A stretch of DNA of 64,000 nucleotides from Dehalococcoidia bacterium (GCA_965261195.1 CBDHDC010000001.1:15260-79259); one strand, 5' to 3'; counted from the first letter of the stretch, positions 1-10,515 are shown. Notes: generated by a model not told the origin, from the letters alone. Translations and numbers: made by a program.

Positions 1-1263
1 CGCCAGCGAGTGCTCCACCATGTCGGGCACGTTGCCGTCCTCCGACTGCAGGTACCCCCGGCTGCCCAGGTTCCGGGCAAAGACGGGATCGTCGGCCAGC
101 CGCTGCATCTGCCGGGCCAGGGAAATGGGGTCCCGGTGGGAGAACAGCAGCCCGTTCTCCTCGTGGCGGACATACTCGGCCATCCCGCCGTAGTCGGAGG
201 TGATCACCGGCACCCGGGCCTGCAGCGCCTCGTGGATCACCAGGGGCGAGTTCTCCGCCCAGATGGATGGTACAACGATGGCGTCGCAGCGGTTGAACAC
301 CTCGGGCACGATGTCCTGGTTGCGGTATTCCCCCATCCACTCGACGCGGCCTCCCGCCGTTCCCTCCAGACCCCGGGCCAGGGCCTTCAATCCCGCCGTT
401 TCCATCCCCAGGTCACGGCCCCAGATGCGCAGGACGGGTTGTCCCTCCACGGTGCCGAAGGCTTCGATCAGGTGGTCAACCCCCTTGGCCGGAATGTGGG
501 TGCCGATGTAGCCGAAGGTGAAGGGATCCCCTTCAACCCGCTTCCTGCCCCCGAGGCGGTCCAGGTGGAACCCGTAGTCCAGGTAGACCAGCTTCTCGGC
601 GGGCAGGCCGAACTCATCGCGGAACCGGCGGAGCAGGTACCTTGCGGGAGCGATGAAAACGTCCACGGCCTCGCAGTCCTCCCTGGCGTGGGCCATCCGG
701 CTGCCCGCCCACCGGGTCCAGTAGTTGACGTCGGAGTCGCGGTCAACGTCACCGCCTCCGAAGTAGCGGCAGTAGCACCGCTCGGCGCACTTCCGGTCGT
801 CCTGGCCGTCGCAGACCGCCCAGTTGTCGGAGGGGTTCTCGGGGTACATCTGGATGAACTGTCCCCGGGGACACATCAGCCAGTAGTCGTGCAGTGTCAA
901 CACCACGGGGATGCGCCGGTCGCGGGCCTCGAACACCAGGGAAGTAGAGAGGTGGTTCAGATGGCCGATATGCACGACGTTGGGCCGGAACTCGTCCAGG
1001 AGCTCCGCGAAGGCCGCGTCCACCGACGGATGGCGGTACCCGTCCCGGGCTCGGGCCATGTTGATGAGTCGCAGGATGATCCGGGGGTCGGAGGGGTCGG
1101 CTTCTTCCTGCACCGCGTACTCGGGCAGGAAGGCGTTCTCCTGGCGGGCGAAGACCCGTACCTCGTGCCGGTCGGCCAGCGCCTGGGTCAGCCCCTGAGT
1201 GTAGACCTCGGAGCCGGCGTTGTACCGCATCGGGTACCCGTGGATGACCTGCAGAATCTTCAT
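1..1263 (-). CDS. GT4-family glycosyltransferase; C-terminus runs off the left edge
   Basis: My minus-strand translation from ATG 1263-1261 gives MKILQVIHGYPMRYNAGSEVYTQGL... The C-terminal half carries the GT4 EX7E region (SIWAENSPLVIHEALQARVPVITSDYGGMAEYVRHEENGLLF). It is absent from the ORF track because there is no stop in the window. The listed 10..1281(+) ORF is its antisense shadow. Confidence 0.85.
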   Translation of the reverse strand, partial: MKILQVIHGYPMRYNAGSEVYTQGLTQALADRHEVRVFARQENAFLPEYAVQEEADPSDPRIILRLINMARARDGYRHPSVDAAFAELLDEFRPNVVHIGHLNHLSTSLVFEARDRRIPVVLTLHDYWLMCPRGQFIQMYPENPSDNWAVCDGQDDRKCAERCYCRYFGGGDVDRDSDVNYWTRWAGSRMAHAREDCEAVDVFIAPARYLLRRFRDEFGLPAEKLVYLDYGFHLDRLGGRKRVEGDPFTFGYIGTHIPAKGVDHLIEAFGTVEGQPVLRIWGRDLGMETAGLKALARGLEGTAGGRVEWMGEYRNQDIVPEVFNRCDAIVVPSIWAENSPLVIHEALQARVPVITSDYGGMAEYVRHEENGLLFSHRDPISLARQMQRLADDPVFARNLGSRGYLQSEDGNVPDMVEHSLA

Positions 1264-1481
1264 AACGCAGAATCTTCATAACAACGAGGATGGCCGCAAA
1301 ACCGCCGGACAGGCTCGGGAAACGGTGTGGAATCTGGAACGGGAGCCTGTCCGTCTCCCAACCCGACCCATCGAATGTTAGCACAACCCTTGCCTATGGA
1401 TAGTGGGTTGAGGGTATCGTTACCTGTTTTTCACCGGCGGACGCCCCAGCGCGGTTCCCCTGCCAGGGAGGCTGCCCGGTC

Positions 1482-1688
1482 TTACTGCGGGGTTATGACC
1501 ACCTGGAGCGTGGCCGGCGGAACGTCGCCCAGAGCGTCCTTGTCGATGTAGACGCTCTGGATGACGTCGCCGTCCTTGGTGCCGTACACGACCTTGTTCT
1601 TCGTGTCCTTGGTCTTGTGCAGCGTCAGAGTCAACTTTTCCATGGGTTTCATCTCCTCGTTGTAATCGTCGGAGGTAAAGTGTACCAA
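1482..1688 (-). CDS. small hypothetical protein (about 55-68 aa)
   Basis: Listed ORF with non-shadow-like composition (KLTLTLHKTKDTKNKVVYGTKDGDVIQSVYIDKDALGD). The start is uncertain (MKPMEKL is an internal alternative). No family recognised. Confidence 0.4.
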   Translation of the reverse strand: MVHFTSDDYNEEMKPMEKLTLTLHKTKDTKNKVVYGTKDGDVIQSVYIDKDALGDVPPATLQVVITPQ

Positions 1689-2209
1689 GTGTTGCGTAAA
1701 TTGTTACCTGAGAATGGGTTTGAGCCAGACGCTCCCACGCGAAGCGCCGCGCCGGCGACCGGGCCATCACAAGTGGCCTGCCTCAACCCGGCGTTGTCCA
1801 AAAACTGCTCCTGCTCCGGCATGGCGCCCAACTCCTCAGTGACGGTATTTCCCCGCCTGTTTGACGTCATTGGAGCACACCTGCTCCGCGGCCCGCAACG
1901 GCCAACTGTCAGGAAATCGTGGTTGGGGCGGAGCGGAGGGGGTGTTATGATTCAGCCCGGCAGCGGCCGACGGGCTTGAGGAAATCAGTCCGCATCCTGA
2001 AAGAATCGTTGACCTCCTGGGGTTTGGGGGGCCCAACGATGGATGCTAGCGCGACACTCTGGGTCACGGCAAAGACCTCGGGCAAATCCGGTGGGTCCAT
2101 CAACTGAGCGGCGAATAAACCCACTGGGATGGACACTGGGAACGTCTCCGCAGCCCAGGCCGGGCAGATCCTATGGGTGTGTAACGTCCAGCGGGCTCCG
2201 GAGAGAAGA

Positions 2210-5115
2210 ATGACCCAACAGCATGCCATCACAGCCAAAACGTCATGGCATTCCCGACTGCTCAGCGGGAGCCAGGTGCATGAGGTCAGGCTGACCAACG
2301 AAGCCCTGATAATCACCGGACCCGACAAGCGGGTAACCCAGCGAATCCCGGCAACCGTCCTCTCCGGAGCTCGGATCGAGGAAGGTCTGCTGCACAACGG
2401 TCTGATGGTGGCGACGTTGGACGGGAGGACCATCACCGCCGGAGGGATCCCCAGGGAGGAGTCGAAACAGATCCGGCAGGCCCTCGGCAGGCACATCCAG
2501 CAGAACCTGGACAGAGAGGCCACCGAGCAGGCCCGGGCCCTCGCGCCCAGGATCATAGGACTCGACTCCCAGATCCAACAGATGCTGTCCCCGGAGCGGT
2601 ACACCAGGCATTCGGAAACCACGGGGTTTGCCGAGGAGGCCAAACGTCTGGTGGAACAATGCGACGGGCGCACGGGGGCCAAGCTGGACCCTGCGGCCAA
2701 GGCGGCCCTCGAGCGGCTCCGCAACGCCGCCAACCCACAGAAGATCGAGAAGGACCGCAGGAGCTCCAACGAGGAATTCGCCACCCGGGTGGAGCCCATG
2801 GTGCAGACGGCATCCGCGGATATCCTGCCCAACGGGCTCACGATGGAGCAGGCCAGGGCCATCGCCACCGAGGATGACGCCACGCTGGTGCTTGCAGGCG
2901 CCGGCACCGGCAAGACCGCCGTCATCATCGGCAAGATCGCCCACCTGGTCAGGAACCAGGGCGTGGACCCCAGCGCCGTCCTGACCTTGGCATTCAACCA
3001 AAAGGCCTCGGGGGAAATCAGGGAAAGACTCCCCGAGGACCTGAAGGGCGCCACCGTCTCGACTTTCCACGCCTTTGGCCTCAGGGTCATCGCTGCCGCC
3101 GGAACCGCCCCCACGATCTCCAGGATGGCGCCGGACAATTTCGCCTACAACCAGGCCATGGACCGGATCCTGAACGAGATGCTCCGGGACCCCGCCTTCG
3201 CCGGAAGGGTCCTGGACCTGATCAGCTCCATGCCGGCCGAGTACCGCAGCCCCTTCGACTTCGAGAATGCCGCGGAGTACCAGCAGTACGTGAAGGACGT
3301 GGAGCTCCGGACGCTGAGCGGAGACTTGGTGAAGAGCTTCGAGGAACTCACGATAGCGAACTTACTCACCGAGAACGGAGTGGAGTTCCGGTACGAGGCC
3401 CCCTACGAGGTGGAGACCGCCAGCAGCCAGTACCGGCAGTACCAGCCCGACTTCCACCTGCCGGCCAAAAACATCTACATCGAGCACTTCGCCCTGGACA
3501 AGAACGGGAATCCCCCCAGGGAGTGGACCGGATATGCCGAGGGTGTGGAGTGGAAACGGGAGGTCCACCAGGCCCACGGCACCACCCTGGTCGAGACCTA
3601 CAGCTGGCAGCGTCGGGATGGGACTCTTTTGCAGACCCTCAGAGCCAGATTGGAGGAGCTGGGGGTGGAATTCCACGCGGTCCCGGTGGAGGAGCTGGTG
3701 AAACCGCTCTCGGGGGAACGGGTGAGATGGCTGGCCCACCTGCTGGGCGAGTTCCTGAAACACACAAAGTCGGGGGATCTGAGCAGGGAGGAGCTGGACC
3801 GCCGGGGCCGGAACGCCAGGGACCCGGGCCGTACCGAAGTCTTCCTCGGGGTGTTTCACCAGCTCCGGGAGCGGTATGAGGAGATGCTGGCGGAGGAAGG
3901 CGCCATCGACTTCCATGACCTGATCAACCGGGCGGTGGACATCATCCGGAACGGCGCGTGGGAGAGCCCCTTCGAGCATGTCCTGGTGGACGAGTTCCAG
4001 GACATCTCCAGCGGGCGCATGGCCCTGCTGGAAGCTCTGAGAAAGGATGGCCCCGCCTACTTCATGGTGGGAGACGACTGGCAGTCCATCAACCGGTTTG
4101 CCGGCAGCAATGTCGGGTTGCTCCTGGACTGCGACCGGCATCTGGGACACACGGAACGGAGAGTCCTGACCAGGACCTTCCGGTTCGGTAAGGGCATCCT
4201 GGAGCCCTCGGGCCGGTTCATCCAGCGGAATCCGGAGCAGACCAGGCGCCAGCCTGACCACGGAGAGGTGCGGCGAGGGCATGGTGGTCATGGCCAACCC
4301 GGACCAGCGGGAAGGGCTGGAGGTAGGCTGTCAGGGAGATCCTGGAGCGGAGCGAGGGAGGAAGGCCCCGCATACTGGTGCTGGGACGTTACCGGCACCA
4401 GGCAGAACTGGTGAAGCAACTTCAGGGCCGGGTCCCCGCCCACCTGGATTTCAGCACGGTCCATGCCGCCAAGGGACGGGAAGCCGAGTATGTCATCGTT
4501 CTGGGCCTGGAGGACGGCCGCAACGGGTTCCCCTGCCTGGTCGACGGCGATCCCCTCCTGGAGCTGGTGCTGCCGCCGGTGCACGGCAAAGCCTTCCCGC
4601 ATGCCGAGGAGCGGCGGCTGTTCTACGTGGCCATTACCAGGGCTGTCAGAGCCGTCTACCTGGTGACGGACCCGGCGAGGCCGTCCCCCTTCGTGCGGGA
4701 ACTCTTGGCGGAGTCCCCTGAGGTTGAGGAACGGGGTGAGTTGGCAGCGTCCTGTCCGGCATGTCCGCGGGGATCGCTGGTTCCGTCCATCAGCCGGGAG
4801 AACCTGAGATGCAGCAACAACCCCGGTTGTGGATACCTCGTCCCCAGATGCCCGGGTTGCCGGCAGGGCTACGTTACGGTGACAGAGGAGCAGGGGCGAT
4901 GTTCCAATCCGGGATGCAGGGAGACGCCGGCCGTCTGCCCCGCCTGCAGGGAGGGGATACTGGTGCGCAGGGACGGCCGGAGAGGTCCCTTCTGGGGCTG
5001 CACCGGATACCGGGCGGAGCCATCGTGCCGATACACGCGGCAAGGGGAACCTGCGGGCCCGCGGAGACATCGCAGCTCTCCTCCGGAACCCCCCCGGAGC
5101 GGGGTATTCGGTTAA
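2210..5115 (+). pseudogene. helD: DNA helicase IV (HelD/UvrD-like) with C-terminal topoisomerase-type zinc ribbons, broken by two frameshifts
   Basis: ORF 2129..4414 has the Walker A motif LAGAGTGKTAVIIGKIAH. ORF 4378..5115 has TVHAAKGREAEYVIVLG and RRLFYVAITRA, followed by several CxxC pairs. The parts join only via frame 2 -> 0 (about 4255-4265) -> 1 (about 4320-4327, with TAG at 4324 in the last frame). Likely start is MTQQHAI at 2210, preceded by GGAGAG. Confidence 0.75.
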
Positions 5116-5247
5116 CGGGGCGCCGTTGGTGTTGACGCCGGGTAATGCTTTAACATCCTGGCTGAGGGACCATTGAACTGACTGGCCAACAATCCATCCG
5201 TCCTGGTCCGGCCCCGGCCCGGCGGTCTGCCGCCGGCTCCACCGGAA

Positions 5248-5590
5248 ATGGAGCGCAGCTACCACCGGCTGAGCCTGCGCGACGTGCAACTCAGCTTCCC
5301 CGGGTACCGCATCCCCGCCATCCGATCCACCAGGCCATTGCCCGGCTCTCCCCCGGCGACCCGCTGCAGGTCAGGACCGGCAGACCCCGTGGGAACTGGT
5401 GGACGCCAGGGGCATCGCGGTGGGGCGGCTGGCGCGGAGCTATGAAACCCTCGGGAACCCCGGCGGCGGCTCCGCAACCGTTCTGGCCATCGGGACCTGG
5501 GATAAAACAAAGTCCGACTCCGAATACCAAAGCCGGCTGAACGCAGACCGCTGGGAGGTCGTCATCCCGGAACTGGAAGTGCACCCGTAA
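5248..5590 (+). pseudogene. frameshifted small ORF downstream of helD (OB-fold-like C-terminus?)
   Basis: Coding-looking sequence is split across frames. ...IHQAIARLSPGDPLQVRT (frame 0) continues as QTPWELVDARGIAVGRLARSYE...RWEVVIPELEVHP (listed 5399..5590). Family not recognised with confidence. Confidence 0.3.
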
Positions 5591-5686
5591 GAGGGCGTGG
5601 CAAAGTGGATCAGGGGGACATCCGGGACGCCGCGGAGAAGGCCTGGGATGCAACCAAGCGGGCGACCGACGCTCTGGTGCTCGCTA

Positions 5687-5830
5687 AACTAAAGCCAAGG
5701 TGAAATGCACAGATGGTGGGGGTCAGACGACGGAGCCGGGTCATTCTCCCAGTACGGATGAGAAGGATTCACCGGTGCAACCCAACTGATCATCAGCGCC
5801 ACTTAAATGTACATCCCTCCTTGGCTTTAG
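5687..5830. mobile_element. MITE, V family subtype V1 (right tip degraded)
   Basis: Left end is C-TA-AACTAAAGCCAAGGTGAAATG. The internal sequence is about 90% identical to 40683-40827 and to the reverse complement of 26863-27008. The right TIR stops at ...CCTTGGCTTTAG. Confidence 0.8.
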
Positions 5831-6141
5831 GAATCCTCTGAACAAGTCGGAAACGACGACGATCCTCTGTTGGAATCGTGCTTAACTAAGGCGTGGTCTG
5901 GGGCAATCCAACAACTTATTCAGAGGTTCCTTAGTTTACTTACCATAATGGATGTTGTCGGGACCAATCCCTGGCGGAGACCGAGAGGGACATCGAGTTG
6001 GCCGGCGGCCCTCATTCCTGGGTTGAGGAGCTGTAGAAAGAGACCCAGGTTGCCGATGGGAAAGGGACCGCCGGCGGACTGCCCAGAAGACGGCGCACCT
6101 GTCGGTGCGGGCCAGGGAACGACCCCACTGGATGGATCTGG

Positions 6142-6543
6142 GTGTCCGGTGCGACGCCACGCCACGATCTGGACTGGTTCCTGCGGGCCGTCTGGCTGGA
6201 ATGCTGCAGCCACGTGAGCCACTTCGAGATCGGGGACGACGTCTACTCCGTGATGGTGCCGATGCCCGGGGACCCTTGGCGCTTTGAGCCCATGGACGAA
6301 CGGGAAGCCCGGTGGCGGCACATGGGGGAGACCGTCAATGCGGCCATACCCCCGCTGGCCAGGTTCGAGTACGAGCACGACTACGGCAGTCCCACCGAAC
6401 TGGACCTTCCGCCGGGCTGGCGAGATTGGAAGAATAACGATCGACGCTTGTGTCTGCGGTGGGATCGTGATTTCTGGGGCCTATTGGTGGACAGGGTCAC
6501 CAACTATACGGACTTAAGGAGTTCCAGCCGTGGAGGAACGTAA
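6142..6543 (+). CDS. hypothetical protein, possibly MM3350-like (plasmid pRiA4b ORF-3-like) domain
   Basis: Listed ORF. WLECCSHVSHFEIGDDVYSV ... RFEYEHDYGSPTELDL resembles the HLhxFxI...YxYDFGDxWxH pattern of that family. The frame is open upstream to 6037, so the 5' end is uncertain. Confidence 0.4.
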   Translation: MSGATPRHDLDWFLRAVWLECCSHVSHFEIGDDVYSVMVPMPGDPWRFEPMDEREARWRHMGETVNAAIPPLARFEYEHDYGSPTELDLPPGWRDWKNNDRRLCLRWDRDFWGLLVDRVTNYTDLRSSSRGGT

Positions 6544-7036
6544 GATTTATCAGCTGACCAGCGGCGAGGGCTATGTTGTCGTGGTCAATGAGAATTTTGT
6601 AACGTTACGGTACGCAGGATCCTCAGTTTACACCTCAGTAAGGGCCTTCCTGGCAGACGACAATGGGCAGTCTCAAAGGTTCGACGACGTAGCAGAAGCC
6701 GTCACCTGGGCCACCTCTGCCGCCGAAAGCCATGTGGGGAAGCCTAGGCAACGTTCCAAGGTCGAGTACTGGGAAAGCCGTCAGTGTTATTCCATCACCA
6801 TCGAACGGAGGGATTCCTGGCTCTTCCGGGCAGACGTTTTCCCCATGTGGGCCGATTCCGACCACTACCCACACATGAGAGGCATCACAACTTTCTCAAC
6901 ACTGGATGAGGCCATCGAGCATGCCCGAAACTGGGCTGACGCTCAAATCACTGGCGACGCCGCGTGGCAACAAAGGTTGCGTCAATTGAGGGAGGCTCTG
7001 GGCGTCGGCGAACCGTGGAGTGGACAGGGTACATAA
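6530..7036 (+). CDS. hypothetical protein (168 aa)
   Basis: Listed ORF overlapping the previous gene by 14 nt. Composition is non-shadow-like. No family recognised. Confidence 0.45.
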   Translation: MEERKIYQLTSGEGYVVVVNENFVTLRYAGSSVYTSVRAFLADDNGQSQRFDDVAEAVTWATSAAESHVGKPRQRSKVEYWESRQCYSITIERRDSWLFRADVFPMWADSDHYPHMRGITTFSTLDEAIEHARNWADAQITGDAAWQQRLRQLREALGVGEPWSGQGT

Positions 7037-7259
7037 CGCAGTAGCAAGGCAAAGCAGCGCCGCATCGTGGTCCTGGCCTTCGGGACAGTGAACCGAAGCC
7101 GGCAGGTCGTCCTCCACGGGGAGTGCTTCTACAACGGGTTGTGCGAGCCTCTCGACGGGACGGAGCGCCGGATCCGCGAGACGGCCTGCTACATCGAGGA
7201 CGCCGCGAGCCTCGCCGGAGGACAGGCTGGAGGAGCCGCCGGAACCCAGCCCAGAGGAC

Positions 7260-7823
7260 GCGGCGCCGGCCATCCGGCAGGACGGCTGGTACCTTCGCTA
7301 CCTGCTCCAGCCCCACGACGACCAGAGCCTCCTGCTCCCCGCCGAGGCCGTCTGGAAAAATCAGGTGAATGGCCCCCACCCGGACTTTAACCCCGCGGAG
7401 TTCCTGTTGAGTTCCCTGGCCCAGGCTGGCTCGGTGTGTCCGCCCATCACCAACAGCCTCAAGCGCAAGCGGCCTGCCGGGTACCGGCTGAACACCTGGG
7501 AGGCCTATGGGTTCCTGGAAAACCAGGCCGCCGCGCTGCAACAGGCCGGGTTCGGCGTGCTGCTGCCCGCCTGGTGGACCCGGCAGGGAACCAGGACCAG
7601 GCCCGGCATCTGGGCCAGGGCCAGGACCCCGGCCATGCCGGGCGGCTCCGGCATGACCATGACCTCCCTGATCGACCTCGACGCCGAGATGGCCCTGGGC
7701 GATGAGCCCTTGTCTATGCAGGAACTGGAGGAACTGGCCGACCTGAAGGTGCCGTTGGTGCGGCTCCGGGGCCAGGGCCGTCCGGCCCCACCGCGACCAA
7801 CGCCAGCGCCGCCAGCACGATGA
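7260..7823 (+). pseudogene. 5' fragment of an SNF2-family helicase gene (SNF2-associated N-terminal region only)
   Basis: The frame reads WYLRYLLQPHDDQSLLLPAEAVWKN...GFGVLLPAWWTRQG...LDAEMALGDEPLSMQELEELADLKVPLVRLRGQ, then diverges and stops. No helicase motifs follow. Confidence 0.55.
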
Positions 7824-7878
7824 CGCAGACCAGAAATGGGAAGAGGTTACCCATGTCCCGCAAAATACCCGCCATAAT

Positions 7879-8850
7879 TCAGCCACCGCCCGGCTGCATG
7901 TTGCTTCCTGATGGCGCGGCGCTGGGATGCTCGATGTGGTGATCTTCCGTACACGACAAGGGAGCGTCCTCCAGTTGGATGGTCACATGGGATATACCGA
8001 ACTCCCGAGAGGCGATGTCGCGGAGACGCCGGAGTATCGGGGCGGAATGCTCCAGGACCTGCGGGTCGGTGGTCACATGGGCGCTGAAGGCATCGTATCC
8101 GCTGGTGATGGACCAGGCGTGGATGTCGTGCACGCCGGTAACTCCCTCCACCGCCTCCAGGCGTTGACATAAACGGTGCAGGTCCAAGTGGGACGGGGTG
8201 CCTTCCATCAACACATGGGACACCTTCCAGAGCAGCCTTGCCGAGGACGCGAGGATGAGCAAGCCGATGGTAATGCTGAAGATGGGGTCCAGGATGTACC
8301 AGCCAAAGACGAAAATCAGCACTCCGGCGGCCACCACGCCGATGGACCCCAAGAGGTCTCCCAGTACGTGGATGAAGGCCCCTGCCACGTTCAGGCTTTC
8401 CGCTGCCGAGCGGTGCAGCACCCAGGCTACGATCATGTTGACCAGCAGACCGCCGCCGCCAACCCCCAGCATCAGAATGCCTTCCACCTCCGGCGGAGCC
8501 ATCAGGCGCCGGTAGGCCCAGTAAAACAGGAAGCCAACGAAAATCCACAGGCTGAGGGCGTTTATCAGAGCGGCCAACACTTCGGTCCGCTGGAAGCCGA
8601 AGGTGCGTTTAATGGAGGAGGGCCGCCCGGCCACCCAGATGGCGAACAGGGCCAGACCAAGGGCGGCTACATCGCCCAACATGTGAGCGGCGTCGGCAAT
8701 CAGGGCCAAGCTGCCGGCCCATAGCCCACCCACAATCTCCGCCGCCATGTAGGCCACGGTTAACGAAAGAGCCACGCCCAGCCTGCGGCGACTGTTCTGC
8801 CGGTGGTCGTGACGGTGTTCAACCTCTGGCAGGCGCTCTGCCTGGGACAT
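7879..8850 (-). CDS. cation diffusion facilitator (CzcD/ZitB-type) transporter
   Basis: Motifs seen: RRRLGVALSLTVAYMAAEIVGGLWAGSLALIADAAHMLGDV ... HVLGDLLGSIGVV, plus a His-rich N-terminus. The internal start MSQAERL at 8850 is preceded by GAAGGGAAG. Confidence 0.85.
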   Translation of the reverse strand: MSQAERLPEVEHRHDHRQNSRRRLGVALSLTVAYMAAEIVGGLWAGSLALIADAAHMLGDVAALGLALFAIWVAGRPSSIKRTFGFQRTEVLAALINALSLWIFVGFLFYWAYRRLMAPPEVEGILMLGVGGGGLLVNMIVAWVLHRSAAESLNVAGAFIHVLGDLLGSIGVVAAGVLIFVFGWYILDPIFSITIGLLILASSARLLWKVSHVLMEGTPSHLDLHRLCQRLEAVEGVTGVHDIHAWSITSGYDAFSAHVTTDPQVLEHSAPILRRLRDIASREFGISHVTIQLEDAPLSCTEDHHIEHPSAAPSGSNMQPGGG

Positions 8851-9000
8851 CTTCCCTTCTTCGATGCGGATATTGTTGGGCAGCGCCCCTCGGACAAGAC
8901 AACGGCTGCCCCTTTGGGGAGAGGCAGCCGCTGTGTGGACTGTTCTCATTCCAGTGTATCAGATTGCCGAGGTTCTATAGCTCGGAGGTCTTGTTCCAGC

Positions 9001-9224
9001 AGGGCAATCGCGTCTTAATTCGTAACGAGCAAGACCCAACAATTTCCGGCAGATTAGCAAGGCTCCGAACCCTTGAAAACACTTCTGGCGGTTGAAGTGC
9101 GGGAGATTTGAGTGATTATCGCAGCACTGAGAGACAACGAGGCAGCCTTTAAGCGGCGTGAAACGTGCTTTTATCACCCATTCTAATAGCGATTATTGAC
9201 AGAAGTTTAAGACGCGATTGCCCT
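9001..9224. mobile_element. 224-bp low-GC element with perfect 18-bp terminal inverted repeats (MITE-like)
   Basis: AGGGCAATCGCGTCTTAA at 9001-9018 is the exact reverse complement of 9207-9224. The interior is AT-rich and non-coding. It sits in the intergenic gap between divergent genes. Confidence 0.6.
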
Positions 9225-9298
9225 GGATCTCAGGGGGAATCCTGGGCGGGTCCCTGGGCGATAGTATAATGCGGCACATTACCGCTGGGGAGGCCGCC

Positions 9299-10144
9299 AT
9301 GACTGTGGTTGATTACTCCGTGCTGGACAACCCTGAGGCGTCAGCACGTTCTTTCCACCCCTTACGAGGCTGGACCGAAACGCCCGATGGCGCGGTGGAC
9401 TGCGTGGTGACCGTCGCCGACGGGACCACCCTGTCGTGCCGATTTTTCGCGGTGGGGCGGGCAAACCCCACCGTACTGTTTTTCTACGGCGGTGGCGAGA
9501 ATGTGGCCCGTTACGACGACATCGCGCCGCACTACACCCGAATTGGGGCGAATCTTTTCGTCGCCGACTACCGGGGCTTCGGCGCGTCGAGTGGATCGCC
9601 GAGTTTCAACGCCATCCTGTCCGACGCGCACGAAGTGCTGGACTGGCTGCAGGGAACGATGCAGGTACTAAGGTTCACGGGCCCGCTATACGTCATGGGG
9701 CGCTCCATGGGCCGTCACGCCGCGGGAGAGCTTGCGATAACCGCCGGCGACCGGATCAACGGCGTCATCATCGAGAGCGGGCGGCCCAATCTGGGACGGA
9801 TAGCCCAGGGTCTGGCTCCGGAGATCGTGCGGGCGCTGGAGGAGGACTACCAGGCCAAGTTCTATTCCATCACCATCCCCGCGCTGGTGATTCACGGCCA
9901 GTGGGACGAGACGGCGCCGCTGGCCGGTGCGGTGGATATGTTCAACAAGCTGGAGACGGTCCACAAGCACCTGGAAATCATACCGGGCGCGAGCCACAAT
10001 GACCTGATGTACGTGGGTTTCCAGCAGTACTTCAACGCCATCCGTGGCTTCATGGCCCGGTACGCCGAACCGAGAGCAATGATTGCGAACCCGAGCGAGA
10101 CTGACCTGCCCTTCCTCGACACGGGACCTCAAACAGTCACCTGA
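9299..10144 (+). CDS. alpha/beta hydrolase
   Basis: Motifs seen: VLFFYGGGENVARYDDIAPHY, ADYRGFGASSG, nucleophile elbow GRSMG, and HGQWDETAP...ASHND. GGGGAGG lies 6 nt before ATG 9299. Confidence 0.8.
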   Translation: MTVVDYSVLDNPEASARSFHPLRGWTETPDGAVDCVVTVADGTTLSCRFFAVGRANPTVLFFYGGGENVARYDDIAPHYTRIGANLFVADYRGFGASSGSPSFNAILSDAHEVLDWLQGTMQVLRFTGPLYVMGRSMGRHAAGELAITAGDRINGVIIESGRPNLGRIAQGLAPEIVRALEEDYQAKFYSITIPALVIHGQWDETAPLAGAVDMFNKLETVHKHLEIIPGASHNDLMYVGFQQYFNAIRGFMARYAEPRAMIANPSETDLPFLDTGPQTVT

Positions 10145-10217
10145 AGCGGTGATCTGCTCCCCGAATCCTGAGCCGTCCGGAATGCGAGTTTTGCGGGATG
10201 ATCTAAACTTGCGCCTA

Positions 10218-10364
10218 AACTAAAGCCAAGGTGAAATGTACATATCGCTAGACCGCATTGTCGGTGGGCACCCAGTTGGGGCCTAAGAGTAATATGAGGT
10301 GCTGTAGAGTCCTTTCGGTCGTCTTCAAGACCCCCGAAATGCATATCCCACCTTGGTATTGGTT
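10218..10364. mobile_element. MITE, V family subtype V2
   Basis: C-TA-AACTAAAGCCAAGGTGAAATG ... CATATCCCACCTTGGTATTGGTT-TA. About 90% identical to 29849-29995 and 36133-36278. Confidence 0.85.
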
Positions 10365-10366
10365 TA

Positions 10367-10513
10367 GTATTACAACGACTGTTCGCAAGAAATGGACCTT
10401 GAGCACCTCTTCATGGCGGCCTGTCCGCGCGCTTGACAGCTTTGTTGCCTTGCCTTCCGCGAAGCGATTTTCGGCCAAAAACTGACCAAGTTGAGGAAGC
10501 GTCGTTGTAATAC
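10367..10513. mobile_element. MITE family C, copy 1 (TIR GTATTACAACGAC)
   Basis: GTATTACAACGAC at 10367 and its reverse complement GTCGTTGTAATAC at 10501-10513. TA lies on both sides. Low GC. Confidence 0.7.
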
Positions 10514-10515
10514 TA

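Noticed and set aside
10-1281. Long ORFs in the track: 10..1281(+), 1945..3138(-), 3362..4297(-), 11308..12195(-), 12878..13729(-), 15803..16873(-), 18528..20351(+), 28910..29812(-), 31148..32056(-) and 47380..48030(-).
   Set aside because: Each lies antisense or out of frame to a gene with clear family motifs. Their translations are Arg/Pro/Gly/Ala-rich low-complexity sequence typical of stop-poor shadow frames in 63% GC DNA.
5591-5686. The short frame reading IRDAAEKAWDATKRATDALVLA just before the V1 MITE, which I considered as a HEPN/PaREP1-like fragment.
   Set aside because: Only about 25 residues are readable before the MITE cuts it. This is insufficient for any family call.
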